DNA from: Nitrososphaerota archaeon
Lineage (GTDB): Archaea; Thermoproteota; Nitrososphaeria; PSMU01
Length of the DNA: 64,000 nt
Assembly (NCBI GenBank): GCA_040290255.1
Contig: PSMU01000003.1
Span: 90,437-154,436 of the forward strand
Reading direction: 5' to 3'
Below, in pieces: positions 1 to 7,416 of the stretch. The notes beneath the pieces were generated by a model. That model had not been told where the DNA came from. It searched no databases and saw only the letters and a list, made by a program, of their open reading frames with translations. Position 1 is the first letter of the stretch; each line of letters begins with the position of its first letter. The translations under genes were made by a program, and so were the position numbers.

Positions 1-722
1 AGGGGGTGCTTTCTGCCCAGGAGCGCCCGCGGAGGGCTCTCGTGGATGTCGATCGGCCTTATGGGCCTGCTCCTCCACAGGCCGCTGGCCAGGGCTTCCG
101 GCGTTAGGGCGTCCAGCCATTCCTCGCGCCCGTAAAGCTCGAGCGCCTCCCTGCCCTTCTGCGTGGCGGCCACGTACCTCTTCTTCCTCCTGAGCCTCCT
201 GAGCATGCCCGGCCTCTTCAGCAGGCGCTCCGCCGCGCCCCTTTCCTGCTCGCTCAGGGCGTCCAGCGCTATGGTCCCCCCGGCCAGGCGCTTCAGCAGC
301 CCCTCCTCCTCCAGCTCGGGCGCCGGACCCGCGGCGAAGAGCAGGGTTCGCCCCGCTTCCCTGCGCAGGGCTATGAAGCCCCTCTCCAGGGCCCTTCCCA
401 TGGCGGCCTCCATGTCCTGGCCCAGCGCGCGGGCCGCCTGCTCTACGGCAAGGGGGCCCCGCAGGAGCAGCTCGTAGAGCCTGCGCTCCGGCAGCCCCTT
501 CCTCAGGGCCTTCTCGCCCTCGGGGCCCAGCGAGAGCAGCTGCTCCTCCTGCTCGCTCACCTCCACCAGGCCCTTCTCCTTGAGCCACTCGACGCCGCGC
601 CTCACCGCATCCACCGTCAGGCCCGAGGCCTGGGCCAACTGCTCAACGGCCATCGCCGAACCCGAAGCTACGAGCGCGGCCAGCAGCTTCCTCTCCAGCC
701 TATGAAGGCCCTCGGAAAGCAT
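1..722 (-). CDS. pheS: Phenylalanyl-tRNA synthetase alpha subunit, N-terminal part (runs off window start)
   Basis: Manual translation from ATG at 722 gives MLSEGLHRLERKLLAAL...VRRGVEWLKEKGLV...GPEGEKALRKGLPERRL...LTPEALASGLW...GRKHP, typical of the archaeal PheRS-alpha winged-helix N-terminus. It is absent from the ORF track because it is truncated. Confidence 0.9.
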   Translation of the reverse strand, partial: MLSEGLHRLERKLLAALVASGSAMAVEQLAQASGLTVDAVRRGVEWLKEKGLVEVSEQEEQLLSLGPEGEKALRKGLPERRLYELLLRGPLAVEQAARALGQDMEAAMGRALERGFIALRREAGRTLLFAAGPAPELEEEGLLKRLAGGTIALDALSEQERGAAERLLKRPGMLRRLRRKKRYVAATQKGREALELYGREEWLDALTPEALASGLWRSRPIRPIDIHESPPRALLGRKHP

Positions 723-746
723 CCGCGCGGCTTGGGCTCAGCTAAT

Positions 747-1217
747 TTAAGGCTTCGCCTTCAGCTCCGCGGGGGGCACGGGCCTCGCCTTTTTCCAGCC
801 TACGTAAGCCGTGATGGCCAGGAGGAGCTGCAGGAGCATTAGCGCATCATAGGAGTAGGCAAAGGGAGGGCACAGGTACGGGCATGATGAACCGCTGTAG
901 GGCTTGAGGCCGAAGAGGTAGTTGGCGAACTCGCCGGGGCTCCGGCCTATGGCCCCCGCCGTCAGAGGGTTGGCGAGCATCAGCACGAGCTGCACGAGCC
1001 CCCATACGAAGGAGCTCTGCAGGCCCACCTTGGGCATCCCCACGACGAGCACTAAGAGCACCAGGTCGATCACGCCGAAGCCGATAAGGGCATATGCGTG
1101 GCCCGTCTTGGGGTTATCCGCCCAGAGCAACCCATCATAGGCCAGGATGAGGCCGGAGAGCAGCAGCGAGAGCACGAGCCAGGCGAGCGTGAGCCCCCTG
1201 AGGGCTCCTGGGCTCAT
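747..1217 (-). CDS. Hypothetical membrane protein (~4 TM)
   Basis: Four hydrophobic segments, a CPYLCPP loop, and a TATA-like box upstream. Confidence 0.7.
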   Translation of the reverse strand: MSPGALRGLTLAWLVLSLLLSGLILAYDGLLWADNPKTGHAYALIGFGVIDLVLLVLVVGMPKVGLQSSFVWGLVQLVLMLANPLTAGAIGRSPGEFANYLFGLKPYSGSSCPYLCPPFAYSYDALMLLQLLLAITAYVGWKKARPVPPAELKAKP

Positions 1218-1307
1218 ATGCTCCCAGCATGGCCTGGGTATTTAAGGTTAGAGTTCGTATATAAAATGCCTTGGGGCGCCGAATAACCTCCGCAGGCGCC
1301 CGGAAAC

Positions 1308-1712
1308 CTAGGCCCGCTCCAGGAGCTTCTCGAGCTCCGCCCTGAACTGCCGCTCGGGCCTGGCCCCTATGAGCCTGCCCAGCTCCCTCCCCTTGCTGAA
1401 GACGATGAACGTGGGTATGGAATACACATCGTATTTAGATGCCAGGTCGGGGTTCTCGTCCACGTTCAGGCGCCCGAAGGCCACGCGGCCGTTCATGGTG
1501 GACGATAGCCGCTCGAGGATGGGGTGCATGATCCTGCAGGGATAGCACCACTCCGCCCAGAAGTCCACCACGGCGGGCCTCTCGCCAGAGATGAAGGCCT
1601 CGAAGTTGGCGCGGCTGAGCTCGACGATGCCGCCCGAGGGCTTCTTACCCCCCTTCATCAGCTCCCTCTGCCTTTCCTGCAGCAGCCTCTCCAGCTCAGG
1701 ATCGCCGCTCAT
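1308..1712 (-). CDS. trxA: Thioredoxin
   Basis: VVDFWAEWCYPC active site, LNVDENP, SIPT cis-Pro motif. Confidence 0.95.
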   Translation of the reverse strand: MSGDPELERLLQERQRELMKGGKKPSGGIVELSRANFEAFISGERPAVVDFWAEWCYPCRIMHPILERLSSTMNGRVAFGRLNVDENPDLASKYDVYSIPTFIVFSKGRELGRLIGARPERQFRAELEKLLERA

Positions 1713-1792
1713 GCGCCTGAGCGAGGCCCAGGTCTTAAAAACCTTCCTGCGGGAATGGCTTATAAGGCTCCGCGAGATGACCCCCGCGCGAC

Positions 1793-2185
1793 TTGGCGAG
1801 CCCGCAGAGGAGGGTGCTGGACCAAAGGACCTATCTACTCAAGCTGCTGGACGCGGTCTTCGGCATCGATGCCAGGATCAGGTCCGCCTCGATCTATGAA
1901 GACCAGTACTTGATCGGAGGGGGCATGAGGCCGGGCGTGGCCTCCTTTGAGCCGGATGAGGTGGCCAAGCAGATAGACCTCGAATTCGCGACCATCGCGA
2001 AGTTAGCGGCCGGCTGGGAGAGGTGGTTCGGCAGGATGGGAGCGGTGTACGTAACCTATGATAAGGTGAACCTTTACTTCTTCAGGCTGGGCGGCAAGCG
2101 CTTTATGGTCGTGAGCGCCGAGCCCTCGCTGGCCCCCGAGCTCGTCACCAGGGGCGTACAGGAGGCCCTCAGGGCGCTGGGCTAG
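1793..2185 (+). CDS. Roadblock/profilin-like small protein (DUF6659-like)
   Basis: IDARIRSASI...GGMRPGVAS...FGRMGAVYVTYDKVNLYFF...MVVSAEP pattern resembles thaumarchaeal roadblock-like proteins; TTATAA box at ~1760. Confidence 0.6.
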   Translation: MASPQRRVLDQRTYLLKLLDAVFGIDARIRSASIYEDQYLIGGGMRPGVASFEPDEVAKQIDLEFATIAKLAAGWERWFGRMGAVYVTYDKVNLYFFRLGGKRFMVVSAEPSLAPELVTRGVQEALRALG

Positions 2186-2849
2186 GGCTGGGGACGCGCA
2201 GGGCGGGGTCCTCAAGGCCTAATTCGCTGAAGGCCCTTCTTCGGGCCTCGCAGCCCCCGCAGGCGCCACAGGGCTCTTTCCGCCTTTCATGGCAGCTCCA
2301 GGTGAGCTCCAGCGGCGCGCCGAGCCTCAGGCCCAGCTTTATCACCTCGGCCTTGCTCAGCAAAATCAGGGGCGCGAGCAGGCGCAGCGGCCTGCGGCTA
2401 GAGGAGACGAGCCCCTCGTTGATCAGCTCGTTCAGCTTGGCCAAGTAGCCCGGTGAGCTATCGGGATAGAGCTGCGCATCGCTCGAGATATGCCCTCCCA
2501 TCAGCTTATCGATGCCCAACTCCTCGGCCCAGGCCGCGGCCAGGCCGTAGTAGATCAGGTTCTTGGCGGGCAAATAGCTCGGGGAGGCCCCGTGTGCCTC
2601 GCTGAGGGGATGAGGGGGGGCGAGCTTCATATCGGCCAGCTCCTTGAGCTGCGGCAGCTCGATGATCCTGTGCTCGACCACGCCCGCCGCCCGGGCCAGG
2701 GCCTTGGCGCTGCTCAGCTCCCTGTCGTGGTTGAGGGGATAATGGTTCACCGTGAGCGCGTAGAGCTGCCAGCCCCTTTGCCTTGCCCACCAGAGGCAGA
2801 CGGCGGAGTCTATGCCGCCCGACAGAAGGACTATGACGCCCTCCGCCAC
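2169..2849 (-). CDS. queC: 7-cyano-7-deazaguanine synthase
   Basis: LLSGGIDS PP-loop, YLPAKN, YPD, SKAEV, TWSC...PCGACGGC Zn motif. Confidence 0.93.
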   Translation of the reverse strand: MAEGVIVLLSGGIDSAVCLWWARQRGWQLYALTVNHYPLNHDRELSSAKALARAAGVVEHRIIELPQLKELADMKLAPPHPLSEAHGASPSYLPAKNLIYYGLAAAWAEELGIDKLMGGHISSDAQLYPDSSPGYLAKLNELINEGLVSSSRRPLRLLAPLILLSKAEVIKLGLRLGAPLELTWSCHERRKEPCGACGGCEARRRAFSELGLEDPALRVPSPSPAP

Positions 2850-2870
2850 GCGGGCAGCGGGGGCCTCTTA

Positions 2871-4094
2871 TTAAAAGGGCTTCTGAGGGTTCAGCAGGCT
2901 GAAGAAGATACGTATGGCCTCCTGGCTGCCCCTATCCTTTCCCGCCAGCTCCAGCACCCTCCCCTCTATTTCGCCCACGAACTCATCCGTGAACTTGGCC
3001 GTTAGGCCTATCACGCTGTCCACGAGGTCCAGCGCCAGGGGCAGGTTGGTGCCCTCGTTGAAGAAGTGCGGCTGACCCAGCAGCTCCAGCAGGCGCTCGC
3101 GGCCCAGCGAACTTGGATACTCGATCTCGCAGGGGGGCAGATAGGGGTATGCCCTCACCTGAAGCCTCTTAAGGCCCTCAAACTCAGAGGAGTCAAGGTC
3201 CAGCGACCTAAAGGGCTCATAGACCGTCTCGCGAGCACGCCTCAGGACCGCTTCCTCGACCTGCTCGGGGGTGATGCCTATCCCCTTTTCCCCGGCGCCC
3301 TCGGGAAGCTGGTTCTGCAAGGAGCCCTGCTGCGCCCACCGGGCCACATGTGTATACACGGGCACGGGCACGCCCTCGCGCAGGAGCTTCGAATAATCGA
3401 AGAAGGAGCCGGGCGGCATTATGTAGGAGAGGGTCAGCTTATCAATGACAAGGGCCAAGGGGTCCTTGCTGTTCCTTAGGGCCAGATAGCCGCCTATGGC
3501 CCTCGTATGGCTCCTCTTTATGACTCCTATCGCCCTGCCGCTCTTCAGTAGCTTTAACGTGGCATCGTAGGCCTCCCGCAGCACCCTATGCTCCTGCTCG
3601 TGGAAGAGGCCCTCCTTTATCATGCGGTTGACGGGGTACATGAAGCCTTGAAAGCTGCCGTCCAAGATGACCAAGTCAGCGCGGCTCAACATCTCGAGGG
3701 CCAGCTTCCTCTCCTCCGCGCTCACGAGTAGCTCGAAGAAGTACCTGCTCCTTTCCGCGGAGAGCGCCTGCCTCCTCTTGAAGACGCCGGCCCTGAACTC
3801 ATCCTTCCTCTCCAGCCCTCTTAGCAGCGTAGCGCCCACCGTGAAGACGCCGCATCGCAGCCCCAGCCTCTCGCTGAGCCTCGGCGAGCGGGAGCCATCG
3901 ACCGCGGCCACCCAGGACAATTCCTGAGTAGAGGGGAGGGGTTCCATGAGGGGCAGCAGCTCCTTCCTTAGCTCGGCGAGCCGGCGCCTTAGCTCCTCGA
4001 CTACGGGGGCTATTCTGCGCGATTCGTCCTCGGCCAGCCTGAAGAACTCGTGCTGCAGGTCCTGCGGAAGCTTCAGCCACTCTATCTCTTCCAT
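2871..4094 (-). CDS. nurA: NurA-family nuclease
   Basis: AAVDGS and VILDGS catalytic motifs, GVIKRS, C-terminal LPLALDLVD; directly downstream of a HerA ATPase. Confidence 0.82.
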   Translation of the reverse strand: MEEIEWLKLPQDLQHEFFRLAEDESRRIAPVVEELRRRLAELRKELLPLMEPLPSTQELSWVAAVDGSRSPRLSERLGLRCGVFTVGATLLRGLERKDEFRAGVFKRRQALSAERSRYFFELLVSAEERKLALEMLSRADLVILDGSFQGFMYPVNRMIKEGLFHEQEHRVLREAYDATLKLLKSGRAIGVIKRSHTRAIGGYLALRNSKDPLALVIDKLTLSYIMPPGSFFDYSKLLREGVPVPVYTHVARWAQQGSLQNQLPEGAGEKGIGITPEQVEEAVLRRARETVYEPFRSLDLDSSEFEGLKRLQVRAYPYLPPCEIEYPSSLGRERLLELLGQPHFFNEGTNLPLALDLVDSVIGLTAKFTDEFVGEIEGRVLELAGKDRGSQEAIRIFFSLLNPQKPF

Positions 4095-4095
4095 G

Positions 4096-5595
4096 CTAGC
4101 TCCCCTCAGGCGGGGTGTAGGTGATGAGCAGCGGAACCGGTGAGGGGTTCATGAGGCCGGAGAAGTAGAACCTGCCCTGCTCGAGCAGGAGCAGCCTGTC
4201 GGGCGTGATCCCGTAGGGCGAAAGCCACTCGGCGGCGCCGCCTTCCCCTCCCGCATCCAGCGGGTGAATCCTGCCTATGAAGTGTGTGTTGAGGTTCCTC
4301 CTCACGGCCGCGTTGATGCCTATCTCACCCTTTATGCCCTGGGCTATGAGCGTGAGGTTCAGCCCCCTCTTCCTGCCCAGCGCGGCGAGGTTCTTGATGA
4401 GCTCCGCGCTCTCCGCCTGTATGCCCTTCGGGTCCCAGGGCGCGTACTGGGGCGCTTCGTCTATGATGAGCGCTATGTTCAGCGTCCTGCCCTCCTCCAT
4501 GAGCCGGTACAGATGCCTGCCCAGGCCCAGGAAGAACCCTATCTTGGCCTCTGCCGTCATGCCCCCCAGGTCTAGGACGAGCATCTGGAGGCTCTGCAGG
4601 AGCTCGTTTGAGAGCTCCTCGACCGCCAGCGTGCCCAGCAGGGGGCGGAGGTCCTCGGGCTTGAGGCGCCTGAAGACGCGCCTCGCGGCCCTTTGGGCCG
4701 AGGCCTTCCAGGTGTCATGGCGCACCTTCTCCAGGCTGGACATCACGTACTCCCTGAGGCGCTCCCACAGGAGCATCTCCTCCTTTTTCCCGGGGCTGGC
4801 CTCGGCCTGCTTCTTAGCAGCGATAACCTCATCGCGCCAGCGCTCTAGGAACTCGTCGATGGCATCACGGACATAGTCATTTTTGGAAAAGTCCGACGTC
4901 TTTCCCCTCAGGTAGCTGGACATCGACTCCTCATCCAGCGCCACCTCTGAGAGCTTCACCACCTTGGCGTGGTCGGCGTCCGCGTAAAATGGGGCGTAGT
5001 CGGTCCCGCTCCAGTCCAAGACGAGGATGCGGTAGCCGGCCTGCCTTAGCAGCGGGAGGAGGATGAAGCGCGTGAACCAGCTCTTCCCCGAGCCCGTCGT
5101 GCCGTAAACGCCTATGTGAAACGGTATGTATGCCCTCCTCATGGGCACCCTCCAGGAGGGGTGCCCCTCCACATATGCCCCGCTCCAGAGCACATCCTCC
5201 CCCCTGGCGAGCAGCTCGAGGGGCCTATCCTGGCCCTCCTCCAGCAGGAAGACGGGCGAGCGGGGCTGAATGATTGCCCTGTTGAACCTGATGCCCTGCT
5301 CCGTTACGATGCCTATGGGCCTGATGGTGAAGGAGTAAACTTCGCGGGCCCCGGAGGGTTCACCGCCATACTTCATGTAGGCCACATCCGGCCTATAAGA
5401 GGTGTGGCTCAGGAACTCGTTCTTGCCCAGGCCCTCCCTCAGCACGCCAAGGATCTCGGCCACGGGGTTCTCCTCACCGCCGTTCTTGATGAGCGCCAGC
5501 TCCTCCGCGAGCACCCTCTTCTCCTCGTCCTTTTGTAGGATGACCTTGGCCGAGGCCTCGGTGGCCCCATCGGCCACCCTGCCGATCAGCCTCAC
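4096..5595 (-). CDS. herA: HerA/FtsK-family ATPase (DUF87) with N-terminal HAS-barrel
   Basis: HIGVYGTTGSGKS Walker A, VLDWSG, IIDEAPQY Walker B, LGRKRG arginine-finger motif. Confidence 0.87.
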   Translation of the reverse strand: MRLIGRVADGATEASAKVILQKDEEKRVLAEELALIKNGGEENPVAEILGVLREGLGKNEFLSHTSYRPDVAYMKYGGEPSGAREVYSFTIRPIGIVTEQGIRFNRAIIQPRSPVFLLEEGQDRPLELLARGEDVLWSGAYVEGHPSWRVPMRRAYIPFHIGVYGTTGSGKSWFTRFILLPLLRQAGYRILVLDWSGTDYAPFYADADHAKVVKLSEVALDEESMSSYLRGKTSDFSKNDYVRDAIDEFLERWRDEVIAAKKQAEASPGKKEEMLLWERLREYVMSSLEKVRHDTWKASAQRAARRVFRRLKPEDLRPLLGTLAVEELSNELLQSLQMLVLDLGGMTAEAKIGFFLGLGRHLYRLMEEGRTLNIALIIDEAPQYAPWDPKGIQAESAELIKNLAALGRKRGLNLTLIAQGIKGEIGINAAVRRNLNTHFIGRIHPLDAGGEGGAAEWLSPYGITPDRLLLLEQGRFYFSGLMNPSPVPLLITYTPPEGS

Positions 5596-5671
5596 GCCAG
5601 TTTACCGCCGGGGGCGCCTTTTTAATCTTGGAGGGCAAGGCTGATGTAGGTGTAGGGGGAGTGGTCCTAGC

Positions 5672-6028
5672 GTGAAGCGCCTCATAAATGGGCTCATTTA
5701 CTGCTCTGTGGCGCTGGGCGCGCTGCTGCTGGCCCAGTTGCTATATCTGGCGCCGCGATGGCTCTTCATGAGCGTCGCGGCCGGCTGGGCGGCCTACCTC
5801 GTAGCCGCCCTCCTGGCTTTTAAGGGCAGCAGGCTCGCCTACCCTCTGACGCTGGCGCTGTCTGCCCTGGCCCTGCTCGCCTCCTTGGGAAATCCCGTGC
5901 ACTGGGCCTATGTCAGGTATGGCGAGGCGCTGCCGGCCTTCACCTTCCTCGCAGGCGATGCCGTGCAGCTCGCGCTGCTTTTCCTTATCCCCCTATATCT
6001 GCTGAGGAGGAGCGGCGGGAACCGCTAG
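5672..6028 (+). CDS. Hypothetical membrane protein (4 TM)
   Basis: Highly hydrophobic; fills the gap between herA and trmY. Confidence 0.65.
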   Translation: MKRLINGLIYCSVALGALLLAQLLYLAPRWLFMSVAAGWAAYLVAALLAFKGSRLAYPLTLALSALALLASLGNPVHWAYVRYGEALPAFTFLAGDAVQLALLFLIPLYLLRRSGGNR

Positions 6029-6618
6029 AGGCCCCGGCGGTCGAGCTCGTTGTGGCAGAGCGTGATGACGTGGCTCGCATGATACAGCTGGGGGCCCACC
6101 GAGATGCGCTTGGCCCCCAGCCGCTCGAGGAAGAGCTCCTCCTTCCTAGGAAGGCCTATCTGGTCGCCCAAGATAAAGACCGGCGCGGGGCCCAGCTGCG
6201 CGCTCCTGATATCCTCTCCCTTGGGATGAAGGTATAGCAGCTGGCCGTTCAGCGCCCTGAGCTGGGCCTCAAAGGCCCTCTTGGCCACGACGATGCCCTC
6301 TTGCACCTTGACTTCCTGGCCCAAGGTTAGGCCAAGGCCCTTCGCCAGCGCGCCCCTGATCATCTTGGCGATGCTGACCTCATCGGGCCTCAGGCCCCTT
6401 ATCGTGGAGCCGAAGAAGGAGAGCACCTTGGGAGGGCTGGCCGGGCCCTGCAGGCAGCAGTGGATCGAGCTGTCCTGCCTGAGCCTCCCGGCCAAGAAGA
6501 GCGCGCTGCTGACGCACCTGCAGACCTCGTCCATCCTGCCCCCTGAGCCGGGGAGGTCGAGGAGGTCGAAGTCGGGCGTGGTTTTAGCCTTCAGGGCTAA
6601 TAGCACGAAGGCCCGCAT
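6025..6618 (-). CDS. trmY: tRNA (pseudouridine54-N1)-methyltransferase, SPOUT family
   Basis: DLPGSGGRMDEVCRC, LRPDE, FILGDQIG, ISVGP..YHASHVI..HNELDRR. Confidence 0.93.
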   Translation of the reverse strand: MRAFVLLALKAKTTPDFDLLDLPGSGGRMDEVCRCVSSALFLAGRLRQDSSIHCCLQGPASPPKVLSFFGSTIRGLRPDEVSIAKMIRGALAKGLGLTLGQEVKVQEGIVVAKRAFEAQLRALNGQLLYLHPKGEDIRSAQLGPAPVFILGDQIGLPRKEELFLERLGAKRISVGPQLYHASHVITLCHNELDRRGL

Positions 6619-6619
6619 G

Positions 6620-7381
6620 CTAACGAGCCAGCGGCCTCAGCAGTCCTATGTTGGGAAAGCGCTTTACCTCATGCCCTATGTCGATGAGGTAGGGCACAAA
6701 GGCCTCCAGCTCGGAGCTGCGCAGGATGGGGCTCAGCAGCTCGCTGGGCGGCAGCTCGTTGACGTCGCTCCCCAGGGCCAACGGCGAGACCGACGGAAGC
6801 ACCACGAGCTCCCTCCCCTTCCACGTGCCCTCTAGGAAGGCCTTGTACCGGTGCCGGAAGCCCAGGTCATCCCTTATGACGACCGAGGGGTGCTCATGTC
6901 CCGTCACGATGAGCCTAGCCTCCTCGGGCAGCACGTGGGGATCCAGGTGGCCATGAAAGAAGGCGATGTCCTCCAGCAGGAGCGCGGGGTCATGCAGGGG
7001 GAGGCCCAGCTCCCTGAGGATCGCGGCGATGTAGTTGTCGTGGTTGCCCCTGACTACGTCCACGTGCAGGCCCTTCTGCAGGAGAACCCTGAGGAGCTTC
7101 TTCACGCCCGCCCACTCCGTCGGCTGAGGATAGCCGAACTCATGCTTCACGTCGCCCAGAAGCACTACCCTCTGCACCCCGAGCCTCTCTAGCGGCCTCG
7201 TAACATAGGCGAGGATCTCCGGCAACAGGCTGCGGGGAATATGAATGCCCTCCCTCTCCCTCTGCTCCTCCAGCCCTATGTGCAGGTCGGCCACGGCGAC
7301 GGCGCTGAGCTTCTCTATCAGCAACGCCGGCCAGGGGTGCACGATGTAGATGCCGCGCCTGACCTGCACCAGCTGCTCCAA
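6620..7381 (-). CDS. Metallophosphoesterase (Lhr-associated MPE/PdeM-like nuclease)
   Basis: ADLHIG, LLGDVKH, GNHD, HGH, GHEHP motifs. Confidence 0.9.
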   Translation of the reverse strand: MEQLVQVRRGIYIVHPWPALLIEKLSAVAVADLHIGLEEQREREGIHIPRSLLPEILAYVTRPLERLGVQRVVLLGDVKHEFGYPQPTEWAGVKKLLRVLLQKGLHVDVVRGNHDNYIAAILRELGLPLHDPALLLEDIAFFHGHLDPHVLPEEARLIVTGHEHPSVVIRDDLGFRHRYKAFLEGTWKGRELVVLPSVSPLALGSDVNELPPSELLSPILRSSELEAFVPYLIDIGHEVKRFPNIGLLRPLAR

Positions 7382-7416
7382 GGCGGCGCCAGAAGGAGGG
7401 CGCGGCTGATATGCTT

